Virus record (IMG/VR): IMGVR_UViG_3300044591_000410 | Coordinates: 4,159-68,158 of that record | Origin: a virus | Direction: 5' to 3' (one strand) | DNA length: 64,000 nucleotides | Part shown: piece by piece, positions 35,524 through 43,801 of the stretch | Layout of the letters: every line of letters begins with the position of its first letter | How positions within the stretch are numbered: the first letter of the stretch is position 1 | Program-made: the position numbers and the translations under genes | Notes under the pieces: generated by a model | Seen by the model: only the letters and a program-made list of their open reading frames with translations | Database searches by the model: none | Told to the model about the DNA's origin: nothing

Positions 35524-37557
35524 ATGAATCAGAAACTGCTTGAGCAGCAGTTTGTGGGTTGTGTGAACAACGCAGAAGTTGTGATTGCTGGTTTCGCAGA
35601 AGCCCTTGGTAACTTGCGGTTTAGCCGCAAGCCTGCATGGTTCAAGTTCGTGCAGCAGAATACCAACTGGGTGGCGAACGCTACGGTGTATGCCGTCGTT
35701 CGCAATGTTTCGGAACGAGCAACCACCGAAGTTCACGCTGTCATTGCAGACCTTGCGTTTGCAATCCAGCGGGACTGGCAGGTGGATCGTAACGATGCGT
35801 TGACTTGGGCATGGAACATCGTTCACTTGGCTGAACAAGCCGGGTGGGTGACCTTGTACAAGACTTCGGAAATGACCCTCGTCAAGATGACCTCACGCTT
35901 TGCGTTTCAGCTGTATGAGAACAATGCGTGGGGCATGGCGGGTTGTTTCCGTCCACCGATGGTGGAACGACCACGGCCACACCGTGACAGTCGCCCCGGA
36001 GGATACCACAACCCACAGATGCGGCGTGGTATTAGCCACGGATCATGGAAGGAACTTGCGAGTGCGCCTCGCATGATTCTCACCATGAATCGCATGATGT
36101 TCACGAAGTGGCATATCTCGCAAGAGATGTTGTCCATTGCGAAGGAAGTCTTTGCACTTCCTGAAGTGATCGTGGATCATCGTCGTGATCGGTATGGACA
36201 CGACACCACGCTGGCAATGGCCGAGCAGTTCAGCGGTGTGGAGTTCTACAATCCCACCTACGCTGATGTTAGCGGTCGCATTTATTATGAGTGTGACTTG
36301 CTGTCACCGCAGGGCAATGACCTTGCGCGTGGTTTGCTGCATGGAACAGACCATGCCCTTACTGATAAGGGTTGGTTCTGGCTTGCGGTGCATGTGGCAA
36401 ACTCTTTCAGCGGCATCGGTGGCGTTGGTAAACTTGACAAGACTCCTTACAAGGATCGTGTCAAGTGGACACACAAGAACTCCGATACGCTCTGCCTCGT
36501 TGCCGAAGACCCCATGCGTTACATGCATGTGTGGTTCAACGGCATCGGGAAGGGAGCGGGATCATTCCAAGCACTTGCTGCGCTGCTTGCTTGGCGACGA
36601 GCCAAGGACACCGGACGATGCTGTTTGCATGTGAGGTTGGATCAGACAACCTCCAACTACGGCATCAAGGGTGGGCTGCTGCGAGATCAGCAACTGTGCG
36701 AGTTGACCAACATGGTTCCCTCGTCCGAGGTGCAGGATATGCACAGCGTGACGGCTACAAACCTTATGGGTTTGTTGGCTGATTCCGATTATTCGGATTT
36801 CACAACCATGATTGCTGGGACACCGGACAAGCCTAACCGCAAGTTCGTCAAGTCACCCAGCATGGTCAGCGGCTACGGTGGTACGACCCGTGGCATTGCA
36901 CAGTCGTTGTTTGGAAAGCGTGAGTGGGCTTTCCACGACAACAAGTGGAAGAAGGTTGCCGAAGAAGGCAGCATCCCCGACCTTGTGTCTGGTGACGATC
37001 CTCGCCATCAGTTCAAGGTGGCAATGGATATTGCTTCCATGTGTAAGGAAGCAGTAGAAATCACCGCTCCCGGTGCGTTCAAGGTCATGCGTTATCTCAA
37101 GGAGGTTGTCAAGGTTGCCCGTGAGAAGAAGATGGAGAACATTATGTGGTATTCTCCATCAGGCAAACTCATTGTGCTTCATCCTCGTAAGCGGGGTGAG
37201 CAGATGATCGTGGCATCATCCGAGTTTGGTGGTGCTTCACTCAAGTGGCATCCTTGGACTGATGAAACCAACTGGCGTAAGATGGCTACGGCCATCTCTC
37301 CACGATGGATTCAACCCATCGACGCTTCCCTTCTTCACATTGCAGGCAGTATGTTCCGGCATGAGTTTGCCGGGGTGCATGACTGCATCCAATGTCACCC
37401 CAATCAGATGGGGAAGTTTCTTGTGTACATGAGGAAGGCAATGTACATGATTATGGAATCCAATCCTCTTGTCAAGTTCTGTGAGCAGTTCGGCATTACT
37501 GTTGAGCAGGGCGATTGGGATACCAAGGATTGCCTCAAGGCTAATCCTTGGCACTAA
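35524..37557 (+). CDS. Divergent T7-type single-subunit RNA polymerase (RNAP-1, 677 aa)
   Basis: PMV..P...GGY; DVSGRIY..LSPQGNDLARGLL; WLAVHVAN; motif A LDQTTS; motif B RKFVKSPSMVSGYG; ISPRWIQPIDAS; motif C VHDC. Confidence 0.9.
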   Translation: MNQKLLEQQFVGCVNNAEVVIAGFAEALGNLRFSRKPAWFKFVQQNTNWVANATVYAVVRNVSERATTEVHAVIADLAFAIQRDWQVDRNDALTWAWNIVHLAEQAGWVTLYKTSEMTLVKMTSRFAFQLYENNAWGMAGCFRPPMVERPRPHRDSRPGGYHNPQMRRGISHGSWKELASAPRMILTMNRMMFTKWHISQEMLSIAKEVFALPEVIVDHRRDRYGHDTTLAMAEQFSGVEFYNPTYADVSGRIYYECDLLSPQGNDLARGLLHGTDHALTDKGWFWLAVHVANSFSGIGGVGKLDKTPYKDRVKWTHKNSDTLCLVAEDPMRYMHVWFNGIGKGAGSFQALAALLAWRRAKDTGRCCLHVRLDQTTSNYGIKGGLLRDQQLCELTNMVPSSEVQDMHSVTATNLMGLLADSDYSDFTTMIAGTPDKPNRKFVKSPSMVSGYGGTTRGIAQSLFGKREWAFHDNKWKKVAEEGSIPDLVSGDDPRHQFKVAMDIASMCKEAVEITAPGAFKVMRYLKEVVKVAREKKMENIMWYSPSGKLIVLHPRKRGEQMIVASSEFGGASLKWHPWTDETNWRKMATAISPRWIQPIDASLLHIAGSMFRHEFAGVHDCIQCHPNQMGKFLVYMRKAMYMIMESNPLVKFCEQFGITVEQGDWDTKDCLKANPWH

Positions 37558-37572
37558 TATGCTAGGAAAGGT

Positions 37573-37818
37573 TTGATAATGACGCAGACGATGAAGCAGA
37601 TCAAGCAGTTGATTTACTTTCATGCTCCCGATAAGGAGACTTTGGATAGGATGTTGGCGTTTCTTGATGCCAACGATAACTTGATTGCGGCACAGGATCG
37701 GCTTATTGATGCTTATAAGGATAACATCAAGAAGCAAAAGGAAATCATCGAAGCACAGAAAAATCTGTGTGAGATGCAGACGACGCAGATTCGGGTTCTC
37801 TCTGAAAGGAACGCATGA
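37573..37818 (+). CDS. Hypothetical coiled-coil protein
   Basis: GAAAGG SD; start could be a nearby ATG. Confidence 0.65.
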   Translation: MIMTQTMKQIKQLIYFHAPDKETLDRMLAFLDANDNLIAAQDRLIDAYKDNIKKQKEIIEAQKNLCEMQTTQIRVLSERNA

Positions 37819-38045
37819 ACAGCATATTTGTCATTGTAGACAAGCAGGGTAATAAGACCGTGGTTGATAAGGATCATACGGTCTTTATCGTTAGAGAGTC
37901 CGCCTTTATTGATGCGGAATCTAATGATGAACCCATTAGTGACATTCCTTGGTGTGTAGAATATAACCTTGACACTCTTTTGTTTTTGGGTTATAAAGCG
38001 TCTGAGTATCACATCTTTGAAGGAGATTTGAATGTTTGTAAGTAA
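37815..38045 (+). CDS. Hypothetical protein
   Basis: GAAAGGA SD; ATGA overlap. Confidence 0.65.
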   Translation: MNSIFVIVDKQGNKTVVDKDHTVFIVRESAFIDAESNDEPISDIPWCVEYNLDTLLFLGYKASEYHIFEGDLNVCK

Positions 38046-38292
38046 TAATAAAACAGGCGTTACCATTACTTTTGCCAATGGGTGGGAAATCTCTGCCCAA
38101 TGGGGGCAAGGTACTTATAGTGATGGGTATTATGAAGGTGGTAGCCGTTGCCCCAACGCGGAAATTGCCATCTTTGATAACGACGATAACTTTGTTCGTT
38201 ATGCACATCATAAGGATGATGTGATTGGTTATGTAGACCCTAATGACTTTGTTCTGATGTGCGTTTGGGCAATGTCCCAAGAGAGACACTAA
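38032..38292 (+). CDS. Hypothetical phage protein
   Basis: AAGGAG SD; 'TFANGWEISAQWG.GTY...AEIAI..DDVIGY'. Confidence 0.7.
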   Translation: MFVSNNKTGVTITFANGWEISAQWGQGTYSDGYYEGGSRCPNAEIAIFDNDDNFVRYAHHKDDVIGYVDPNDFVLMCVWAMSQERH

Positions 38293-38459
38293 TGAATAAA
38301 GATGGTTTTGTTACCGTTGTGGTTCTTAATGACGGTGAGACTTATACCGACATTACTGGGTGTTCTATTATGGTTGTCCCTGCTGAACAGTATTATAAAG
38401 CTGTTTCTGAAGGCGGGGATGCTAGGGATTTTGAACCTGTTGTAAAGGTAAATCTGTGA
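38292..38459 (+). CDS. Hypothetical protein
   Basis: TAATG overlap; 'VVLNDGETYTDI.GC'. Confidence 0.6.
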   Translation: MNKDGFVTVVVLNDGETYTDITGCSIMVVPAEQYYKAVSEGGDARDFEPVVKVNL

Positions 38460-38532
38460 TTGCCGCAGTAATTCTCTTGGCTTATGCCATCGTCGTTTGT
38501 GTTACCATTCACTCTCTTTGGAAGGACTATTA

Positions 38533-38679
38533 ATGGAAAAGATTATGGAACATTTCAATGCCCTTATGATGGCTGTTGAAGAACGGCATGAAGAGGAAGG
38601 GGATATGACGCATATCCTTACTATGATGTACGCTCTTGGTGATCGTATTATGGAAGCCGATGATGCTAACGCTGACTAA
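38533..38679 (+). CDS. Small acidic hypothetical protein
   Basis: AAGGA SD; D/E/M-rich. Confidence 0.55.
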   Translation: MEKIMEHFNALMMAVEERHEEEGDMTHILTMMYALGDRIMEADDANAD

Positions 38680-39421
38680 ACCTTTTATTTTTGACGGTTC
38701 CCTTTATCTTTATGATGAAGTGTTCTTTGATGAGGAACTAAATCAAGAGGTAGCATTCTATGAGAATCTGCCTTATAATATTCGTACTCAATGTAGTGCG
38801 GGTAGTTGCGCTCTTTTTATCTGGAACAACGCAGAACCTAATAACGACCATCAGTACGGTATTAAAATCTTTGACTATGGTATTGAAGAAAAGTGCAAGC
38901 AAGAGGCTTATAACTCTTTCCTTCGTCAAAAGGCTGCGGCTAGGGAAAGTCTTGCTCCTCCTGCTCACTTTATGATAAAGGTTTACCGTAATGGTAGGAT
39001 GTGCTGGGGTTATACTACCAGCGTAGCCGAAGATACTACTTATGTGTTCTTCCCCGAAGAAGAAGCCGATAATATGTATCAAGATTACGAAGCATCCTTT
39101 AATCTCGATAAGGAATATGCCATTACCAGTCTTTCTAATGTCCTCAAGTGTTACAATCTTACGGATATTCAAGACGATGCTAATGATCTAATGGATAAAC
39201 TCAAAGAATCTGACCCCATGTCTTTTGAAGCATGGCTTTGTTACAATGAGTATAACATTGTAGATGTATACCCACTTAAATGTAAGTTGGAAATGGTTGA
39301 ATTGGTTATTAACGGTGATGTAGTGTATCTTGGCGGCGACTTGCATGGCGGTAACATTGGTTACTATAAGGGTAACCTTGTTTGTGTAGACTTTTCACAC
39401 CACTCACAAGAAGGAGATTAA
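38660..39421 (+). CDS. Protein kinase-like (T7 gp0.7 analogue)
   Basis: 'SAGSCA' Gly loop, 'GIKIF' Lys, helix-C Glu 'QEAY', catalytic loop 'DLHGGNI', 'VDF'. Confidence 0.75.
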   Translation: MMLTLTKPFIFDGSLYLYDEVFFDEELNQEVAFYENLPYNIRTQCSAGSCALFIWNNAEPNNDHQYGIKIFDYGIEEKCKQEAYNSFLRQKAAARESLAPPAHFMIKVYRNGRMCWGYTTSVAEDTTYVFFPEEEADNMYQDYEASFNLDKEYAITSLSNVLKCYNLTDIQDDANDLMDKLKESDPMSFEAWLCYNEYNIVDVYPLKCKLEMVELVINGDVVYLGGDLHGGNIGYYKGNLVCVDFSHHSQEGD

Positions 39422-39423
39422 TA

Positions 39424-39579
39424 ATGAAGTATAATAAGAACGAACTCACGCCTTTCCACCAGCGTATTGCAAGAGCCTATATCAAGGATCTTATTGCAGA
39501 TCCTAATACCTGTGATATCCTTCGCAAGAAGTTGAAGGCTAAGGTTACTAAGAAGAAGGCTAAGAAGGTGCGTGTTTAA
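39424..39579 (+). CDS. Small basic hypothetical protein
   Basis: AAGGAG SD; K-rich C-terminus. Confidence 0.6.
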   Translation: MKYNKNELTPFHQRIARAYIKDLIADPNTCDILRKKLKAKVTKKKAKKVRV

Positions 39580-39588
39580 GGAGAACCT

Positions 39589-39780
39589 GTGAATAACTGG
39601 ATCATTAAGGTATTCTTTTCAGCGGATTTTGAAATCGTGTGGCATAGCGTCTATTGTAAGGACGAGTATATCGACTCGTTCTGCAATTATAACGACGCTG
39701 TTTCTTTCGTGTTGTATAACTCCCGCACTAACCCTGATGGCCGAATGGTCGGGGCTACTGATAGAGTCCCACATGGTTGA
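39589..39780 (+). CDS. Hypothetical protein
   Basis: AAGGAG SD, GTG start. Confidence 0.55.
   Translation: MNNWIIKVFFSADFEIVWHSVYCKDEYIDSFCNYNDAVSFVLYNSRTNPDGRMVGATDRVPHG
39745..39763 (+). promoter_or_regulatory. Putative phage RNAP promoter
   Basis: ATGGTCGGGGCTACTGATA; upstream of the tRNA cluster and RNAP-2. Confidence 0.6.
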
Positions 39781-39943
39781 GATTGTTCCCCTCCCTAAGG
39801 GACAGAGTAAGTTAATTATTAATAAACTAGTATCCCTTATAGTAGAAACCAAGGATCTAGATGCATGGATGCTTGGTTATTCTGCATCGTTCTGCTTCCC
39901 ATATCTAACTAAAGATGAACAACAACTCCTCGACAACGCTTAG
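39773..39943 (+). CDS. Hypothetical protein
   Basis: Fills the gap between overlapping + strand ORFs. Confidence 0.45.
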   Translation: MVEIVPLPKGQSKLIINKLVSLIVETKDLDAWMLGYSASFCFPYLTKDEQQLLDNA

Positions 39944-40157
39944 TGATTACATTTCATTCCTTCGTGAACTGCGTGTTCTTATTCATTGTGAAATGGATCA
40001 AGATCCCGCTATTTCTCCCCGGCAATATGCCGACATTTGGACAGCCGTAGATCTTGCATATGATCTTCTTCTTCAAGATAAGTTTTATGTGACTGCTGAA
40101 GAAGAACAGATTATTGAAGATTGCTTCTGTCGCTTTTATGGAGTAGGTAATGGATAA
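39915..40157 (+). CDS. Hypothetical protein
   Basis: ORF in the compact + strand array. Confidence 0.55.
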   Translation: MNNNSSTTLSDYISFLRELRVLIHCEMDQDPAISPRQYADIWTAVDLAYDLLLQDKFYVTAEEEQIIEDCFCRFYGVGNG

Positions 40158-40266
40158 GTATACCAAAGAAGATCTTAATATGATCTATAGACTCATGTGT
40201 TTGAATAAGTTCTGCGAGGCAATGGATATGCTTTGTGCTTTGATGCATAAACATAACATCAAGTAA
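40150..40266 (+). CDS. 38-aa hypothetical protein (not in ORF track)
   Basis: GGAG SD; MDKYTKEDLNMIYRLMCLNKFCEAMDMLCALMHKHNIK. Confidence 0.45.
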   Translation: MDKYTKEDLNMIYRLMCLNKFCEAMDMLCALMHKHNIK

Positions 40267-40273
40267 TACCTTT

Positions 40274-40346
40274 GCCCCTATAGCTCAGTTGGTAGAGCAG
40301 TAGACTTTTAATCTATCGGTCGTAGGTTCGATCCCTACTGGGGGCA
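40274..40346 (+). tRNA. tRNA-Lys(UUU)
   Basis: GCCCCTA/TGGGGGC acceptor, GCTC/GAGC D-stem, CT-TTT-AA loop, GTAGG-TTCGATC-CCTAC; no encoded CCA. Confidence 0.95.
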
Positions 40347-40351
40347 TTCAC

Positions 40352-40425
40352 AGAAGGGTGGCTGAAATAGATAGAGCGCATGCCTTATAAGCGTGAATAT
40401 GTGGGTGCAACTCCCGCCCCTTCTA
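40352..40425 (+). tRNA. tRNA-Ile(UAU)
   Basis: AGAAGGG/CCCTTCT acceptor, CATGC-CT-TAT-AA-GCGTG anticodon arm, atypical T-loop TGCAACT. Confidence 0.8.
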
Positions 40426-40436
40426 TTAAGTGCCAT

Positions 40437-40510
40437 ATTCCCGTAGCTCAACTGGATAGAGCGTGGCACTTCTAATGCTAAGGTTAGTGGTTCAAGTCCA
40501 CTCGGGAATG
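40437..40510 (+). tRNA. tRNA-Arg(UCU)
   Basis: ATTCCCG/CGGGAAT acceptor, TGGCA-CT-TCT-AA-TGCTA anticodon arm, AGTGG-TTCAAGT-CCACT. Confidence 0.95.
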
Positions 40511-40525
40511 TTCTAAAGGAGATCC

Positions 40526-40849
40526 ATGAATAATATTAACACTACAGCAAGAGATGACTTTGAGTTCTATATAAATGATAGATGTCTCATAGCCCATATT
40601 CATTATGGTATTGATGGCCGTGATTATGGTGACGATGCACCCTGTGATTACGACTACGAGATATTGTGGGTAAGTGAATGGTTTGAAGATGGTTCGGCTG
40701 TTATTTATGACGGCAATAACCCAAGTGAACAGATGTGTGGTCTGTTGTTAACGCTTGGTGGAATGTTTGTTATGCAGTATGGTCATGTATTTAATCAATT
40801 GAAAGGTAATGAACCGGATGGAACCCCAGACAACTACGATGAGTTTTAA
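40526..40849 (+). CDS. Acidic hypothetical protein
   Basis: AAGGAG SD. Confidence 0.65.
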   Translation: MNNINTTARDDFEFYINDRCLIAHIHYGIDGRDYGDDAPCDYDYEILWVSEWFEDGSAVIYDGNNPSEQMCGLLLTLGGMFVMQYGHVFNQLKGNEPDGTPDNYDEF

Positions 40850-41102
40850 AGATATGGTTGATATTGTTACTACTAAGGTGTATGTTATAAGCCTTGCGTC
40901 AGGTGCTAGTGTAGGATACCCTATTCCAAACTTCTCTGGCATCGCTCGTTTTGAAAACAGTTACAATGGTATCAAGACTGTGATTGATGAACTTACTAAG
41001 TTGTACTATAAGGAGTATGAGAATGATGGCATTACTCCCAATCCTCCTAAGTTCACCGTTGAAATCAAGTCTATTGTTCTTGGCGACACTCTTTACAAGT
41101 AA
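40809..41102 (+). CDS. Hypothetical protein
   Basis: + strand ORF; start uncertain. Confidence 0.55.
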   Translation: MNRMEPQTTTMSFKDMVDIVTTKVYVISLASGASVGYPIPNFSGIARFENSYNGIKTVIDELTKLYYKEYENDGITPNPPKFTVEIKSIVLGDTLYK

Positions 41103-41111
41103 AGGAAAATT

Positions 41112-41375
41112 ATGGAAAACATGTATCTTATGATGGTTAGTCTGTTTGTTATGGTTGTTTGTGCGTTTGCTTTTAATATCCTCTCTCACCGTAAGCTTAC
41201 TAAAGCTATGCGTAATATTGAACAAGATGTAAGAGAAAATAATAATCAATGGGCTGACAACAACTACTACATTAAGAATTTGGAAGAACAGATTCACCGC
41301 GATATGCGTTGGCTTCAGGAATCCATTGATACTCTTGTTGAGCAAGGTATGAAGAAGAAGGTTAGCAAGAAGTGA
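41112..41375 (+). CDS. Membrane-anchored coiled-coil protein
   Basis: AAGGA SD; N-terminal TM helix. Confidence 0.65.
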   Translation: MENMYLMMVSLFVMVVCAFAFNILSHRKLTKAMRNIEQDVRENNNQWADNNYYIKNLEEQIHRDMRWLQESIDTLVEQGMKKKVSKK

Positions 41376-41575
41376 ACCCAGAACGGTTTAAGAAAGATAA
41401 AGAAAAGCGGGATAAACGGAATGAATACCCCAAGCGAAACAAACTCAAACCCTACAAACGAGCAGAAACAAGAAACAAAGACAGAGCAGGTAGAGTCGAA
41501 GAGTAAATGCGGTTGCGGATACCGTATGGTTGACTGTTTGGGTTGTGATAATATTAAGCCACTAAGGAGAAACTA

Positions 41576-42574
41576 ATGGCACACATGATTGAGTCTGAAG
41601 ATTCGGCAATGTTCTATAAGGAAGCAGCATGGCACGGCATTGGTACTGTTGTTGAGACTGCGCCTAGTCCTAGCGAAGCACTTAAGATTGCTGGTCTTGA
41701 TTGGTCGGTTCTTCGTAGCGGATCTATTAGCGCCACTTATGGTGATGATAGTGAGACTACGACTAAGGACTTCACTGCTTTGGTTCGCTCCGATACTGGG
41801 CGTATCCTGAGTGTTCAGTCCCCTGATTATAAGATTGTTCAGAATGAAGAAATGTTTGACCTTGCCTATTCTCTTGGAGAAGATGTTAAGGTTGAGTCTG
41901 CGTTCTCTATGGGCAACGGCACCCGGGTTGTGTGTCTCCTTCGGGGAGAAACCTTTGCCCCTGCCAATAGCAAGGAAGATCTTATCAGCAAGTATATGTG
42001 CCTTGTGAACTCTCACAATGGTACGCTTGCTTTGTCAGCCTTGCCCACTAGTATCCGTGTTGTTTGTAATAACACCCTGAGTATGGCTTTGTCTGCTGGA
42101 CAGAAGAAGATGTACCGTGTTGTTCATTCTGGCAATATGAACGCTAAGAAGGAAGCAATGCAGAAAGCTCTTACTAACTATAAGAATACTGGTAAGATGT
42201 TTGAAGAGCATGTTAATGTTCTCTCATCCCGCACTTTGAATGTGCAGGATATCCAGCGGTTCTGGCTTGAGCTTTATGGCCGGGTTGAAACCCCGGTTGT
42301 TGGTAATCCCAAGACTGAAGATGAGTATGATAATTATATCAAGGCTCAGACCACTATTGCTAAGTGGTCGGATATCTTCGATGCAGAGCGTCGGCGCATC
42401 AATGCCCCGGCATCTATGTGGGTTGCTGTTAATGCGGCAACTAACTGGATGCAGCACCGCATCCCTAGCCGTGGTAAGATTCCCACGACTGAGAGTCGTA
42501 ACTTCAATAACATCGTCGGTTCTACTTCAGACACGGTGTCTGATGCTGTCCGATTCGCAATGTCTTATGTTTAA
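41576..42574 (+). CDS. DUF932-family (TIGR03299-like phage/plasmid) protein
   Basis: 'MAH..E....FY...AWHGIG', 'AGLDW.V', 'Y.IVQN', 'NSHNG', 'IRVVCNNTL'. Confidence 0.9.
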   Translation: MAHMIESEDSAMFYKEAAWHGIGTVVETAPSPSEALKIAGLDWSVLRSGSISATYGDDSETTTKDFTALVRSDTGRILSVQSPDYKIVQNEEMFDLAYSLGEDVKVESAFSMGNGTRVVCLLRGETFAPANSKEDLISKYMCLVNSHNGTLALSALPTSIRVVCNNTLSMALSAGQKKMYRVVHSGNMNAKKEAMQKALTNYKNTGKMFEEHVNVLSSRTLNVQDIQRFWLELYGRVETPVVGNPKTEDEYDNYIKAQTTIAKWSDIFDAERRRINAPASMWVAVNAATNWMQHRIPSRGKIPTTESRNFNNIVGSTSDTVSDAVRFAMSYV

Positions 42575-42584
42575 ATAAGTAAGG

Positions 42585-42653
42585 GGAGCGGTAGCCCAAA
42601 TAGAGGCGGGTAGACAATACCGTTCAGTGTGGGTTTAAATCCCACCCGCTCCT
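42585..42653 (+). ncRNA. tRNA-like RNA with an aberrant anticodon arm
   Basis: GGAGCGG/CCGCTCC acceptor, GCC/GGC D-stem, GGTA-GACAA-TACC arm, GTGGG-TTTAAAT-CCCAC T-arm. Confidence 0.6.
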
Positions 42654-42673
42654 CCCCTTATTAAAGGAAAACT

Positions 42674-43105
42674 ATGGATAAACTGATTGCTGAAAAGTGG
42701 GTTGCTGCTCTTCGTAGCGGCGAGTATAAGCAGGGTAAAGGTGTGCTGCATAACCAAGACAGTAACACTTACTGCTGTCTTGGTGTTCTTTGTGATCTTT
42801 TTGTAAAGGAAAAGAATATTAAGGACACTTATTGTCAGCAGCGTATGCTTAGCGATACCTCAATTGTTACAGTCTTTGGTGATTCTACTGGCACTTTGCC
42901 AAGCGATGTTCGTCATTGGTCATTGATTGGTGACGATAATGGGCGGTTTAATTATGACCAGCCTATTCCAAGCAGTAAAGGTACTGCATACTTTAGGGAT
43001 GAAGATATTTGCCTGCTTACTAGTATGAATGACGGTGAGTACGGTCACGACTTTACCTTTGAAGAAATTGCAACTATTATTGAAGAACAATGGAGACAAC
43101 TGTGA
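42674..43105 (+). CDS. Conserved phage protein of unknown function
   Basis: 'KWVAALRSGEYKQG...YCCLGVLC...MND....FEEIA' motif. Confidence 0.8.
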   Translation: MDKLIAEKWVAALRSGEYKQGKGVLHNQDSNTYCCLGVLCDLFVKEKNIKDTYCQQRMLSDTSIVTVFGDSTGTLPSDVRHWSLIGDDNGRFNYDQPIPSSKGTAYFRDEDICLLTSMNDGEYGHDFTFEEIATIIEEQWRQL

Positions 43106-43338
43106 ACTTTGGTATTGACCCTAACAACAGAGATCGTTGCGTTATTCAAGCTCCTTGTGATCTTGCATATATGCAGAAGCAGCGGGATCTTCTTTGGAAG
43201 ATCTACTCTGATTCCCTGCTCTCTAGTGATGAAGATCTTGCTTATCTTCGTACCACTATTGGTTTTCTAGATCACTTTATTCACGGTATATACTTTGTAG
43301 CCGCTGAATACCATACTGCTAACAGGAGTATTTATTAA
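43090..43338 (+). CDS. Hypothetical protein
   Basis: Overlapping + strand ORF. Confidence 0.55.
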   Translation: METTVNFGIDPNNRDRCVIQAPCDLAYMQKQRDLLWKIYSDSLLSSDEDLAYLRTTIGFLDHFIHGIYFVAAEYHTANRSIY

Positions 43339-43683
43339 ATGCTTATTAAGTCAAATGAAAAGTTTGTTAAGAAGTTTAAAATTCCCTTTGTTTATTACGA
43401 TCTTTGTATATCTTTTAAGTTGAACAACGAACAAGATCTTAATGACCCTGTTGATTGGATCATGGGAGAAGATTGTACCTACGGTAAAAATAAGAAGCGC
43501 GCTAGTGCTTTCAAGAAGCTTAAACTTCTTGAACCCAGCACTGGATATAATCTTATGACTTACGAAAGAGATCTTACTTTCTTTGGATGTACAAAAGAAC
43601 AGATGCAGTATCTTATCAACGCTTATAAGAATAGTCCATTCCGTATTACTTATCTTGAATGTCAGATTGAAGATTGTTGTTAA
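43339..43683 (+). CDS. Hypothetical protein
   Basis: AGGAG SD. Confidence 0.6.
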   Translation: MLIKSNEKFVKKFKIPFVYYDLCISFKLNNEQDLNDPVDWIMGEDCTYGKNKKRASAFKKLKLLEPSTGYNLMTYERDLTFFGCTKEQMQYLINAYKNSPFRITYLECQIEDCC

Positions 43684-43801
43684 TAGAGGCTGTAATGGAA
43701 ACACTGTTTATTGTTGCTATTTACTTGCTAGGTATTATTACTGGTCAATGTATTACTGGCATTGCCATGCTGTGGGGAAATAAAAAATAAAAGGAGACAC
43801 T

